Positions 28,315 through 37,996 of a stretch of 64,000 nt of DNA are shown piece after piece. Positions within the stretch are counted from its first letter, which is position 1. Each line of letters begins with the position of its first letter. The notes below the pieces were generated by a model. It had not been told where the DNA came from and searched no databases. It was given only the letters and a program-made list of their open reading frames with translations. Source of the stretch: an uncultured Bacteroidales bacterium (lineage in GTDB: Bacteria; Bacteroidota; Bacteroidia; Bacteroidales; CAIWKO01); the NCBI GenBank assembly GCA_964599365.1, contig CAZRFL010000011.1, positions 6,612-70,611 of the forward strand. The letters are read 5' to 3'. Both the position numbers and the translations under genes were made by a program.

Positions 28315-29337
28315 TTAAAGCGCGTTCTCAAACTGTTTCAAAAACCTGATATCGTTTTCCGAGAACAGTCGCAGGTCTTTCACCGAATACTTCAGGTTGG
28401 TGATGCGCTCAATGCCCATGCCGAAAGCATAGCCCGAATACACCTTACTATCGATGCCGCAATTTTCCAACACATTGGGATCGACCATGCCGCAACCCAG
28501 AATCTCTACCCATCCGGTCTTTTTGCACATGGCGCAGCCGGCGCCTTTGCAGATGGTACACGAAATATCCATCTCGGCCGAAGGCTCGGTAAAGGGGAAG
28601 TAGGAGGGGCGCAGGCGAATGTCGGTATCGTTTCCGAACATCTCTTTGGCAAAATACAGCAGCACCTGTTTCAGGTCGGCGAAGGAAACATCCTTGTCGA
28701 TATACAGACCTTCCACCTGGTGAAAAAAGCAATGCGCGCGTGCCGAAATGGCCTCGTTGCGATACACCCTGCCGGGCATAATGGCGCGCAGAGGCGGTTT
28801 TTGGGTTTGCATCAGCCGCACCTGCACCGACGAAGTGTGGGTACGCAGGGCGATATCGGGATTTTGTTCAATAAAGAAAGTATCCTGCATATCGCGTGCG
28901 GGATGATCGGGCTGAAAGTTCAGTGCCGTGAAAATATGCCAGTCGTCTTCAATCTCGGGGCCCTCGGCCACTGTGAAACCTATGCGCGAAAATATCTGAA
29001 TGATCTCGTTGCGCACGATGGACATGGGATGACGGGCGCCGTACTTGCCATAATCGGCTTGCAGGGTCAGGTCCTTATGTTCTTTGGTTTGTACGTTGCT
29101 TTTTTCCAGCAGTTCTTTCACCGCGTTAAACTTATCGTTCACGGCATTCTTCAGGTTGTTCAGCAACTGTCCGCACACCTTTTTCTCATCGCCGGGCAGG
29201 GTCTTAAACTCTTCGAACAGCTGGTTCAGCAGTCCGTTTTTGCTGATATACTTCAGGCGGAACTGTTCCAGCTCCTCAGTGTTTTTGGCAGTATACAATT
29301 CAACTTCCGAAAGATACTGGGCTATTTTTGTTTGCAT
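28315..29337 (-). CDS. pheS: Phenylalanine--tRNA ligase alpha subunit
   Basis: 340 aa. Class II aaRS motifs (FQPDHPARDMQDTFF, GWVEILGCGMVDPNVL, GYAFGMGIERI). Confidence 0.95.
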   Translation of the reverse strand: MQTKIAQYLSEVELYTAKNTEELEQFRLKYISKNGLLNQLFEEFKTLPGDEKKVCGQLLNNLKNAVNDKFNAVKELLEKSNVQTKEHKDLTLQADYGKYGARHPMSIVRNEIIQIFSRIGFTVAEGPEIEDDWHIFTALNFQPDHPARDMQDTFFIEQNPDIALRTHTSSVQVRLMQTQKPPLRAIMPGRVYRNEAISARAHCFFHQVEGLYIDKDVSFADLKQVLLYFAKEMFGNDTDIRLRPSYFPFTEPSAEMDISCTICKGAGCAMCKKTGWVEILGCGMVDPNVLENCGIDSKVYSGYAFGMGIERITNLKYSVKDLRLFSENDIRFLKQFENAL

Positions 29338-29344
29338 TTCTGGT

Positions 29345-29387
29345 AATAAAAAAAGGTTGCACGAACATCCGAAGTTTCATGCAACCT
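29345..29387 (-). terminator. Terminator of the PPIase gene (minus strand), lying in the pheS 5' region
   Basis: Stem AGGTTGCA ... TGCAACCT with an 18-nt loop. It is preceded on the plus strand by an A-run, which is a T-run on the transcribed strand. Confidence 0.5.
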
Positions 29388-29406
29388 CATAAAAAGATGG
29401 ATAAAA

Positions 29407-30045
29407 TTATTTTACTTCTTCGATGGTCATTTTAAGGTCTTCAACGGGTTTGTCGCCGGCAGCAGTCTTCACGGCAGCAATCTTATCGATCACGTCCATG
29501 CCTTCGGTCACTTCACCGAAAACGGTATAATCGCCGTCCAGAAATGGGGTTCCGCCAACGGTTTTATACATTTCGCGTGCTTCGGGGCTAAATTTCTTGT
29601 TCAGGCGTTGTTCGATGGCATCCAGTTCCGAATCACCATATTTTTTTCCCTGAACAATATAAAATTGCGAACCCGAAGATTCTTTCTTTGGATTCACCTG
29701 ATCCGGCATACGGGCAGCAGCCAGGGCGCCTTTTTTGTGAATAAATTTCGAATTGAATTCGGCAGCCACGGTATAGCCAACATCTTCGGTACCGTTTTTG
29801 GCTCCTCCGCCTTGTATCATAAACTGATTGATCACGCGGTGAAAAATAGAACCGTTATAAAAACCTTCTTTCACCAGCTTCATAAAATTATCGCGGTGCA
29901 AGGGGGTTTCGTTATACAGCTTTACTTTTATGTTACCCAAAGAGGTTTTTATGAGATAAACCGGTTCGGTTTGGGTGCTTGTTTGAGCGAAAATGATACC
30001 ACTGAACGCGATTAAAATTACTAAAGAAGTGAGAATTTTTTTCAT
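29407..30045 (-). CDS. Cyclophilin-type peptidyl-prolyl cis-trans isomerase, secreted
   Basis: 212 aa. Signal peptide, then FHRVINQFMIQGGG ... GALAAARM ... SQFYIV cyclophilin motifs. Confidence 0.9.
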   Translation of the reverse strand: MKKILTSLVILIAFSGIIFAQTSTQTEPVYLIKTSLGNIKVKLYNETPLHRDNFMKLVKEGFYNGSIFHRVINQFMIQGGGAKNGTEDVGYTVAAEFNSKFIHKKGALAAARMPDQVNPKKESSGSQFYIVQGKKYGDSELDAIEQRLNKKFSPEAREMYKTVGGTPFLDGDYTVFGEVTEGMDVIDKIAAVKTAAGDKPVEDLKMTIEEVK

Positions 30046-30143
30046 GACGAGATTTTTTTTAATATATTTGCTTCGGTTTTAGAACAAAATGATTTAATTT
30101 GCGTATAAATTCATTGTACAAAGCTATAAAATTATTCGTTACC

Positions 30144-30509
30144 ATGAAAATATTTTCCCTTAAAAATCTGATTGCAATAGGTGTGATAGTGTTGTGTGCC
30201 GTAGTTGTTACCGTAAGTTGTAAAAAAGAAAGCACCGAATGCACAGCCGTAATTACCGTAAAAAAACTGAATGATACCTTACAAACGGTTTCCTTTGCGA
30301 GAGTAATTATTGCACCTGATTATCCCGATGTAAGGGTTGAGGGAAAATCTGACGCCAGCGGACAGTATACCTATGTTTTCAAATACGAAGGCATTTTGGA
30401 TGTTTTGGCTTCCAAAAAAATTGATGGTACCAATGATTCCCTTTTCGGAAAAGGTGTGGTGCGCCTTCATCCCGGCGAGACCACCTATAAGACCATTTTC
30501 GTTAATTAA
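30144..30509 (+). CDS. Small lipoprotein, hypothetical
   Basis: Internal start MKIFSLKNLIAIGVIVLCAVVVTVSCKKE (lipobox). Confidence 0.5.
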   Translation: MKIFSLKNLIAIGVIVLCAVVVTVSCKKESTECTAVITVKKLNDTLQTVSFARVIIAPDYPDVRVEGKSDASGQYTYVFKYEGILDVLASKKIDGTNDSLFGKGVVRLHPGETTYKTIFVN

Positions 30510-30512
30510 TAC

Positions 30513-31091
30513 CTACCTGTTTTCGAAAGCTTCGTTAAAACAGCTTCTGCACAAGGGCTCGTAACTATCGGTTTCGCCCAATAACACCAACTTATCATTT
30601 TCAACCAGCCTGTGCGACACATAGGCCAAATTGCCGCATCGCATGCAGATGGCATGTACCTTGGTCACGTATTCGGCCGTGGCTATCAGGGCGGGCATGG
30701 GCCCGAAAGGCTTGCCCAGATAATCCATATCCAGACCGGCCACTATCACCCTTACGCCTCTTTTGGCAAGAATATTACAAACAGTAACAATTTCAGGATC
30801 GAAAAACTGGGCCTCGTCAATGCCCACCACATCAATATCGGTCGACAGCAGCAATATTTGCGACGACGACTGCACCGGGGTCGAATTGATAGAATTTTCG
30901 TCGTGCGACACCACCTTTTCCACATCATAGCGCGTATCCACCTCCGGTTTGAAGATCTCAATGCGCTGTTTGGCATACTTGGCACGCTTCAGTCGGCGTA
31001 TCAGTTCTTCCGTTTTACCGGAGAACATCGAGCCGCAAATCACCTCTATCCAGCCCTTTTTATGTGTTTCAATCGTTTTTTCTAAAAACAT
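30513..31091 (-). CDS. tdk: Thymidine kinase
   Basis: 192 aa. P-loop [24 protein letters not shown] and a C-terminal Zn ribbon CxxC...CxxC. Confidence 0.9.
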   Translation of the reverse strand: MFLEKTIETHKKGWIEVICGSMFSGKTEELIRRLKRAKYAKQRIEIFKPEVDTRYDVEKVVSHDENSINSTPVQSSSQILLLSTDIDVVGIDEAQFFDPEIVTVCNILAKRGVRVIVAGLDMDYLGKPFGPMPALIATAEYVTKVHAICMRCGNLAYVSHRLVENDKLVLLGETDSYEPLCRSCFNEAFENR

Positions 31092-31169
31092 TTTCTGAAA
31101 TTTTTTCTCTTTATAATTTTATGTCTAATTTAGTACAAATTTAAAATTTACATCTTCAATTTCGTAATT

Positions 31170-32165
31170 ATGGGCATAAATATTATCAAAGAGGAAATAA
31201 AAATTATCATTGAGACTCTTGGAGAGCAATATGCGGTTATTAATCAGCAAAGTGGAAAAATCCCTCAGATCGAACTGGATATTGTGATGTCGTACACCCG
31301 AAAGTTGTACGAGCGTTTATACGATCTCAACAAACTGAATTCGGCCGATGCCAAGTCGATTTTGGAAGAAATTCCTGAAATGATTTTGGAAACAGAAACA
31401 AAACCTGAGGTGATAGTGGAAACGGAACCCATAGCAGAGCCTATTATAGAGCCTGTGATGGAAACCGTAATGGAACCGGTGATAGAAACTGTGCCTGAGC
31501 CTGTCGCGGAACCTGCTGTGGAGGTGGTGGAAGCTGTGGCAGAACCCATAATAGAAGTGGCAGAACCATTGATAGAAGAGAAAAAGATTGAAATTGTCTT
31601 TGCCGAAAAAGAAATTATCCCCGAGCCAATAGAAGAAGTAAAAGAAGCGCCTGTCGAAATAGTGGCCCCCAAAGTGGATCTGGAGAAAACCAAAGAGATC
31701 ATTTTCGATCTTCAGGAAGTCAGTACCCCCGAAGTGACAGAGGAAAAGAAAGAGCCCCCTGTTGCCGAAGTGAAGCCGACCAAAACTAGCAAAAAAGACA
31801 GTGTCGATTTGTTTTCCCTGACGGAAAAAGAGATCGTTGCCGACAAATTCAAGGAGACACAGAAATCCATGAACGACAAAATTGCCAGTGAAAAGCCCGA
31901 CAAAACCCTGGCAGATAAGATCGGAAAGACATCCATTGCCAATTTAAAGACCGCCATCGGCATCAACGATAAATTCCTTTTTATCAACGAACTTTTCAAG
32001 GGCGACATTCAGGAATATAACAAGACCATCGACAAACTCAACAGCTATACCCAACTCGAGGAGTGTACGGGTTTTCTCGAAGAACAGAAGGCTCGGTACC
32101 ATTGGGCCGACAAACCCGATGCTTATCATAAGTTGGAAGATCTGCTCATCCGCAAGTTCCTGTAA
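31170..32165 (+). CDS. Hypothetical protein with a central P/E/V/I-rich low-complexity region
   Basis: 331 aa. Repeats such as EPIAEPIIEPVMETVMEPVIETVPEPVAEP. The C-terminal ~110 aa is globular and of unknown family. The stop is separated by 1 nt from the M28 peptidase start. Confidence 0.5.
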   Translation: MGINIIKEEIKIIIETLGEQYAVINQQSGKIPQIELDIVMSYTRKLYERLYDLNKLNSADAKSILEEIPEMILETETKPEVIVETEPIAEPIIEPVMETVMEPVIETVPEPVAEPAVEVVEAVAEPIIEVAEPLIEEKKIEIVFAEKEIIPEPIEEVKEAPVEIVAPKVDLEKTKEIIFDLQEVSTPEVTEEKKEPPVAEVKPTKTSKKDSVDLFSLTEKEIVADKFKETQKSMNDKIASEKPDKTLADKIGKTSIANLKTAIGINDKFLFINELFKGDIQEYNKTIDKLNSYTQLEECTGFLEEQKARYHWADKPDAYHKLEDLLIRKFL

Positions 32166-32166
32166 A

Positions 32167-33420
32167 ATGAAAAGGCTCATTGCTGGTTTATTCAGCCTTT
32201 TGTTTTTTTCGACCCTGCTTTCGGCACAGAATCCTGCTTTTGTCCGCAGCATGATTGATACGCTGGCCTCGCCTGAGTTTTATGGTCGCGGCTATGTGAA
32301 CAACGGTAGCAAAATTGCCGCAGATTTTATTGTCAAACAATTGAAAAAAGATCAGCTGTTGTTTTTCTCTCAGGAGGCATTGCAGCCCTTTACTTTGAAC
32401 GTAAATACCTTCCCCGGCGCAATGGAGCTAAAGGTTAACGGCATCGTTAAAACGCCTGGCGTGGACTATATGGTGATGCCCAATTCCCAATCGATGACAC
32501 TATCCTACAAAGCGCTGCTATTGAACGAAAAAACGCTGAGCAATCCTAAACTCGTCAAAAAGTTCGACAGGCTGAATCTTTCCAACAAGGCGCTGGTGAT
32601 CGACACGGGATTCAAGGATTTGAAAAATAAAAAGCTGCAGGAAACTCCGCTTCTTATTACCATTCGCGACAAGGGAATCTCGTGGCATGTTTCCAGTGCA
32701 CAAAGCAAGAAAAAGTATGCCGAGGTTATTATCACCCGCAAAGCTTTGCCCGGAAAGATCAAAAAGATTTCGGTAAATATTGAGGCCAAACAACAGGACA
32801 ACTATCCAACCCAGAATGTGGTGGGTTATATTTCCGGAAGAGTATATCCTGACAGTTTTATTGTCTTTGGTGCTCATTACGATCATCTGGGCATGATGGG
32901 TTCTCAGACATGTTTTCCCGGCGCCAATGATAACGGAAGCGGCACTGCTATGCTCCTCGATCTGGCCGCATACTATTCTAAGCCTGAAAATCAACCCGAC
33001 TATTCCATAGCTTTTATATTCTTTTCGGGCGAGGAGGCCGGACTGCTGGGCTCAGAATATTATACCGAACACCCCCTGTTTCCCTTGAAGAAAATTAAGT
33101 TCATGCTCAATCTCGATATGGTAGGCACGGGAAGCGATGGAATAAAGGTGGTGAATGGAAGCATTTTCAAACCTGAATTCGAAAAGCTAAAGTCCCTGAA
33201 CGAAAAAGGAGGCTATTTGAAAGCGATAAGCGAAAGGGGAGAGGCTGCCAACAGCGATCACTATTATTTTTATAAGCACGGAGTAAAAAGTTTTTTCATC
33301 TATACCCTGGGTGGCGAATATAAGGAATACCATACGGTTAGCGATAAAGCGGCCGGTCTCCCTCTGACAAAATACAGCGAATTATTTCGGCTTGTTTGCG
33401 ATTTTGTAAAAAATTTATAA
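32167..33420 (+). CDS. M28-family zinc metallopeptidase (aminopeptidase), secreted
   Basis: Start at the internal Met MKRLIAGLFSLLFFSTLLSAQ. Motifs FGAHYDHLG, GANDNGSGTAMLLDLA, FIFFSGEEAGLLGS. Confidence 0.8.
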   Translation: MKRLIAGLFSLLFFSTLLSAQNPAFVRSMIDTLASPEFYGRGYVNNGSKIAADFIVKQLKKDQLLFFSQEALQPFTLNVNTFPGAMELKVNGIVKTPGVDYMVMPNSQSMTLSYKALLLNEKTLSNPKLVKKFDRLNLSNKALVIDTGFKDLKNKKLQETPLLITIRDKGISWHVSSAQSKKKYAEVIITRKALPGKIKKISVNIEAKQQDNYPTQNVVGYISGRVYPDSFIVFGAHYDHLGMMGSQTCFPGANDNGSGTAMLLDLAAYYSKPENQPDYSIAFIFFSGEEAGLLGSEYYTEHPLFPLKKIKFMLNLDMVGTGSDGIKVVNGSIFKPEFEKLKSLNEKGGYLKAISERGEAANSDHYYFYKHGVKSFFIYTLGGEYKEYHTVSDKAAGLPLTKYSELFRLVCDFVKNL

Positions 33421-33544
33421 AAAAATAACTTTTCTACCCAGTTATTTTATTTTTATTACGTTTTACTAATAACCCTAATTCGTATGAGGGTATTTTTCCC
33501 AAAAGATTCCTCCCCCTCATACAACAAATGTCCCTATTTTACGA

Positions 33545-33578
33545 GCAGCCTCATCCCCTAATGAGGTTGCTTTTTTTT
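33545..33578 (+). terminator. Rho-independent terminator
   Basis: GCAGCCTCAT-cccctA-ATGAGGTTGC followed by TTTTTTTT. Confidence 0.55.
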
Positions 33579-33808
33579 AAGCTCCAGGTCTCAAAATACA
33601 AAATCCAAATAAGCTCCAATCTTAGAAATAGCAATCTTTAAACCACCCCATTCTGTTTGGAAATTTATGATTTTGAAATTTATTTGGGATTTGTTATTTG
33701 CCATTTGGAATTTTAAAAAGATATTCCCGTAAAGTTTTTATCAACGAAAATCGTATTCATTTTATTTCTTTTCTTACTTTTGTTATTCATTCGATTAATG
33801 ATACAATT

Positions 33809-34675
33809 ATGGCCGAGGAAACAGAAAAGCAGCAGGTTTTGGTCCCTTACGATTTTTCTGAGGCCTCAGAAAATGCGTTGATCTATGGCATTGAACTCGC
33901 GAGGCTTTTCAAGTGTGAAGTAAGCATCATTCATGCCATCAGCAAAAAACACATAGAAAAAAACATTAGCCCTGAAGATTCTGCAGCAGCTGCCAAGGCA
34001 GGTCTCATCACTCTTTCGAACAATATCATTTCGAAACATCATCTCATGGTAAATGTCTATGTATTTCAGGGCGAGATGCACGACCTTATCAATAAATTTT
34101 ACGAGAAGATCAATGCCATTGCTGTGATCGCAGGCTTGAACAGTGCAAAAAAGAAAACGCATTACTTTACCTCCGGAAAACTGGTGACCGATTACCGCAA
34201 TCTTCGTGTTCCCCTGATAGTGGTGCACGACGTTATGCCGCGCAAAACCATGTATAGCCACATCATACTCCCTCTTGATTTTAATCGGGAATCTAAAGAA
34301 AAATCGGCGTGGGCCGGACATATCAGCACCCTGAATAAATCGAAGGTGAGAATACTGATCCGGGCCTATAAAGACGCATATTTTGCGGCCTCTTTGCGCA
34401 ATAATATCGTCCTGGTGAAAAAACTGTATAAAAACCTTGAGGTAAATTATGATATCGTCAAAGAGCCCGATATTACAGTGGATATTGATAAGTATGCCGT
34501 GGAATATGCCTGGCTAAACAATGCCGATTTGCTGGTGATCATGGCCACCAAAGATATTGCCGTCGACGACCTGTTGCTTGGCCTTAAGGAAAAAAAGATC
34601 ATAGATAATAAGTATAAGCTGCCCGTGATGCTGATCAACCCCCGGGACGATCTATATTTGCCGTGCGGCTGTTAA
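33809..34675 (+). CDS. Universal stress protein (UspA) family, tandem-domain type
   Basis: Start chosen at MAEETEKQQVLVPYDFSEASENAL. ~288 aa with two Usp-like halves. No ATP-motif check was possible. Confidence 0.55.
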   Translation: MAEETEKQQVLVPYDFSEASENALIYGIELARLFKCEVSIIHAISKKHIEKNISPEDSAAAAKAGLITLSNNIISKHHLMVNVYVFQGEMHDLINKFYEKINAIAVIAGLNSAKKKTHYFTSGKLVTDYRNLRVPLIVVHDVMPRKTMYSHIILPLDFNRESKEKSAWAGHISTLNKSKVRILIRAYKDAYFAASLRNNIVLVKKLYKNLEVNYDIVKEPDITVDIDKYAVEYAWLNNADLLVIMATKDIAVDDLLLGLKEKKIIDNKYKLPVMLINPRDDLYLPCGC

Positions 34676-34708
34676 ATCAAATATAAACAAACAAAAAAAG
34701 GAGGTGTT

Positions 34709-36784
34709 ATGTTAATTCTGTATTCTGTGTTGGGAACGCTGGGTTTGGTGTTATTTATTATTCTGCTTGCCTCGTCCATTGTAGTGGTTAGGGGTAACGA
34801 AATTGCCGTGCTCGAAAGGAAGTATTTTGGTGTAAATATGCCGCAAGGCAGGGTTATCGCCATGAAGAACGAGATCGGTATTCAGGCTCGCACCCTGGGG
34901 CCGGGGATGCATTTCCTGACGCCCTTTATCTATAAGGCTAAAAAATTTCCTTTCACTATCATTGGTGAGCAGGAAGTGGGTATGGTGGAGTCAATTGACG
35001 GAGATTCAATTCCTGCAGGAAATATCTTTGCCCGTGTGGTCGAAAATCATGATTCCTTTCAGGATGGTGTGGCATTTCTGGAAAATGGTGGCGAAAAAGG
35101 CCCCCAGATACAGATTCTGGCCCCCGGAACCTACCGTATAAACACCGTTCTTTTTAAAGTAAAAACCATGCCTGCACTGGTGGTTGATAAAGGCGAAGTT
35201 TGCCTGGTGACCGCTATGGACGGAGAGCCCATCCCCAACGGAAGGCTGCTTTCTCACAATATCCTGGGCCATTCTACTTTCGAGAACGGAGATCAGTTCC
35301 TGAAAAATCATGGACAAAAAGGACCCCAGGCGCAGATACTGCTTCCGGGAACTTATCGTATCAATACCGACCTCTTCAAACTCGAGAAATATCCGGCAAC
35401 TATTGTTCCTTCAGGCAAGGTCGGGTTGGTGACAGCTCGCGACGGAGAGCCCCTTCCGGAAACGGAATATGTGGCCAAATCAACTGAAAACCACAACAAC
35501 TATCAGAACATTCAGGCCTTCCTCGAAGGGGGTGGACAACGCGGTCCCCAGCTTGATGTGTTGAAGCCGGGGACCTATTATATCAATCCCTTAATGTTTC
35601 AGGTCGAACTGGACGATGTGGCCGTGGTGGAACGTGGGCAGGTGGCCGTGGTGGTTTCTAATATTGGTGAAGAACCCCGACAGATAAAGGAGTTGCTTAA
35701 TAAGGTGGCAAAAGAAGAGGCTGGAAAAGACGACCCATCTATAGTGGTAACCAGTGAAAAATCAGCTTCTGCGGAAAAACGTCTTGAAGTGGGCATAGAA
35801 CGCTATGTGGTTCCCAAAGGTTTTCGTGGTATTCAGCAGGAAGTGGCCGGGCCGGGTATCTATTACTTGAACCGTCGTGCCTATATTGCTTACATTATTG
35901 ATACGACTAACATCACCATTGACTGGGACGATGCCAAGGAAACCAATTTCGACCCATTGAAGGTGATCTCCCGTGATGGTTTCGAGATAAGTGTGTCGGT
36001 AAAGGTGATCATTCGTGTGCGTCCCGATCAGGCCCCTTATATGGTGGCCAAGATTGGTTCTATCGACAACCTGATTCAGCATGTAATTCATCCCATGATT
36101 GATTCAAGTTTCCGCAACCAGGCTTCATCCACTTCGGCTATGAATTTTATGCAGGACCGCCAGGAAGAGCAGCATAAGGCAGAAGAACGTGCCCGCACCG
36201 AACTGGAAAAATACCATGTAGAATGTGTGTCGGTGTTGATCTGTCAGATTAAGTTGCCACAGGAGCTTATGGATACTCAAACCATGAAGATCATTGCTCA
36301 GCAGCAACAGGCTATGTACGAAGAGCAGCAAAAAGCCGAACAAACCCGTATTGCTACCGAAAAAACCCGCTCAGAAGCCGAACAGCAGAAAAACTTGGTA
36401 GAAGCTGAAATAGGAGTGAAGATAGCCGAACAAAACAAGCTGAAACAGATCAAACTTGCCGAAGGACAATCAGAAACCTTCCGTCTCCAGGCCGAGGGTG
36501 AAGCCAAAGGTATCAAGGCCAAAGGAGAGGCCGAAGGAGCCAAGATACTTGCCATCGGTGAGGCTACCGCAAAGTCGTATGAACTACAGAACAAAGCCGT
36601 AGGGCAACAGGGTGTTACTGCCATCGAAATTGCCAAGCAGATTGCCAATGGCAACATCAAGGTTACCCCCGACTTTCTGGTTCAGGGAAATGAGAATATA
36701 GGCGGACTACTATCAGCTTTTCTAACCAAACAAATGATAGTAAAGGACGAGATCAAACCTGAAAAAACCGATAAACAGGAATAG
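34709..36784 (+). CDS. SPFH/Band-7 flotillin-family membrane protein with a triplicated ~60-aa N-terminal repeat
   Basis: 691 aa. N-terminal TM, then three repeats (GVAFLENGGEKGPQIQILAPGTYRINTVLFKV..., GDQFLKNHGQKGPQAQILLPGTYRINTDLFKL..., IQAFLEGGGQRGPQLDVLKPGTYYINPLMFQV...). An SPFH core follows, then a flotillin-like EA-rich coiled coil (AEGEAKGIKAKGEAEGAKILAIGEATAKS). Confidence 0.7.
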   Translation: MLILYSVLGTLGLVLFIILLASSIVVVRGNEIAVLERKYFGVNMPQGRVIAMKNEIGIQARTLGPGMHFLTPFIYKAKKFPFTIIGEQEVGMVESIDGDSIPAGNIFARVVENHDSFQDGVAFLENGGEKGPQIQILAPGTYRINTVLFKVKTMPALVVDKGEVCLVTAMDGEPIPNGRLLSHNILGHSTFENGDQFLKNHGQKGPQAQILLPGTYRINTDLFKLEKYPATIVPSGKVGLVTARDGEPLPETEYVAKSTENHNNYQNIQAFLEGGGQRGPQLDVLKPGTYYINPLMFQVELDDVAVVERGQVAVVVSNIGEEPRQIKELLNKVAKEEAGKDDPSIVVTSEKSASAEKRLEVGIERYVVPKGFRGIQQEVAGPGIYYLNRRAYIAYIIDTTNITIDWDDAKETNFDPLKVISRDGFEISVSVKVIIRVRPDQAPYMVAKIGSIDNLIQHVIHPMIDSSFRNQASSTSAMNFMQDRQEEQHKAEERARTELEKYHVECVSVLICQIKLPQELMDTQTMKIIAQQQQAMYEEQQKAEQTRIATEKTRSEAEQQKNLVEAEIGVKIAEQNKLKQIKLAEGQSETFRLQAEGEAKGIKAKGEAEGAKILAIGEATAKSYELQNKAVGQQGVTAIEIAKQIANGNIKVTPDFLVQGNENIGGLLSAFLTKQMIVKDEIKPEKTDKQE

Positions 36785-36810
36785 GTTCTCAGATTCTTTT
36801 TCCGTTAATA

Positions 36811-36852
36811 ACAAAAACGAGGGGCGACCATTCGGTCGCCCCTCGTTTTTTA
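36811..36852. terminator. Bidirectional rho-independent terminator between the convergent flotillin-like and lspA genes
   Basis: AACGAGGGGCGACC-attc-GGTCGCCCCTCGTT flanked by an A-run and a T-run. Confidence 0.7.
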
Positions 36853-37503
36853 TATTTCCTTTTCCTCTTTGGTTTCTATAGGGATTTCTTCTTCTTTGGG
36901 TGTCGAAGGTTTGAACAAACTTTTTTGGAAGATCAGTAATATGATTACCCCAATGGTGATGGCCGAATCGGCAACATTGAACACGGGTTCAAAAAATCTC
37001 AAAGGTTTGCCACCCCAAATGGGGAACCATTGGGGCCAGGTGGTATCTATCAATGGAAAATACAGCATATCCACTACTTTTCCGTGCAGAAAAGAGGCAT
37101 ATCCGCCTCCGGATGGGGAAAGCACCGCCTTATCGAAAGGCGTACTTTCGCTGAAGATCAGCCCAAAAAAAGCACTATCAACAATATTGCCTATGGCACC
37201 GGTAAATATCAGTGCAATGGTGATAATCAGCAAATCGTTGGCCTTCTTTTTGATCAGGGTATACAGGTACCAGGCAATTGCGCCAGAAGCCAGAATACGG
37301 AACACGCTCAGGAATATCTTACCATAGCCGCCCGCAAACTCCATTCCGAAAGCCATGCCGTTGTTCTCAATAAAATTGATCTGAAACCAGTCTTGTCCGA
37401 ACACAAAGTATGCTTCCCCCAGAAAAAAATGGGTTTTGATATAAAACTTTGTGAACAGATCCAGGAAGAGAACTGAAAATATTACAATTAATGCTTTTTT
37501 CAA
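36850..37503 (-). CDS. lspA: Lipoprotein signal peptidase (signal peptidase II)
   Basis: 217 aa. Four TM helices, with the conserved NxGxAFG (NNGMAFGM) and FNVAD motifs. Confidence 0.9.
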   Translation of the reverse strand: MKKALIVIFSVLFLDLFTKFYIKTHFFLGEAYFVFGQDWFQINFIENNGMAFGMEFAGGYGKIFLSVFRILASGAIAWYLYTLIKKKANDLLIITIALIFTGAIGNIVDSAFFGLIFSESTPFDKAVLSPSGGGYASFLHGKVVDMLYFPLIDTTWPQWFPIWGGKPLRFFEPVFNVADSAITIGVIILLIFQKSLFKPSTPKEEEIPIETKEEKEI

Positions 37504-37515
37504 GTCCTGAAATCC

Positions 37516-37974
37516 TTAGAATTTTCCCTTCTTTTCGTTCAGTTTGGCATCAATACACAGGGTAGCATGAGGCACCACACGTAGGCGTTCTTTCGGTATC
37601 AATTTTCCGGTAGCACGGCAGATGCCGTAGGTTTTGTTTTCAATGCGAACCAAAGCGTTTTCTAGACTAGCGATAAATTTGGTCTGACGTAGTGCCAGAT
37701 TGCTGTTTTCTTCTTTCGAACGTACCTGAGAGCCTTCTTCCAGCACTTTAAAAGTGGGGGAAGTGTCGTTGATGTCCTGTCCTGAGTCATTCGAAAATGC
37801 TTCTGTCAAAAGTTCCAGGTCACGTTTGGCTTCTTCAATTTTTGCCAATATAATCAGTTTGAATTCCTGCAATTCTTCGTCAGAGTAAACATTTTTAACG
37901 TTGGTTTCCGGTTTCGTAACTGTTTTTTTTACGTCTGTTTTTTTTGCTTCCTTCTTGATGGTTTTCTTTTCCAT
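37516..37974 (-). CDS. TraR/DksA-family C4-type zinc-finger protein
   Basis: 152 aa. C-terminal GICRATGKLIPKERLRVVPHATLCIDAK. It sits in the conserved ileS - TraR/DksA - lspA arrangement. Confidence 0.75.
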   Translation of the reverse strand: MEKKTIKKEAKKTDVKKTVTKPETNVKNVYSDEELQEFKLIILAKIEEAKRDLELLTEAFSNDSGQDINDTSPTFKVLEEGSQVRSKEENSNLALRQTKFIASLENALVRIENKTYGICRATGKLIPKERLRVVPHATLCIDAKLNEKKGKF

Positions 37975-37996
37975 AGCCTATGATTGTTTAATTATT

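Noticed and set aside
28279-29346. 355-aa plus-strand ORF
   Set aside because: Entirely antisense to pheS, a high-GC conserved gene that produces long spurious antisense frames. His/Gln/Gly/Leu-rich junk composition.
37030-37476. 148- and 152-aa plus-strand ORFs opposite lspA
   Set aside because: Antisense to a clear LspA homolog with conserved motifs.
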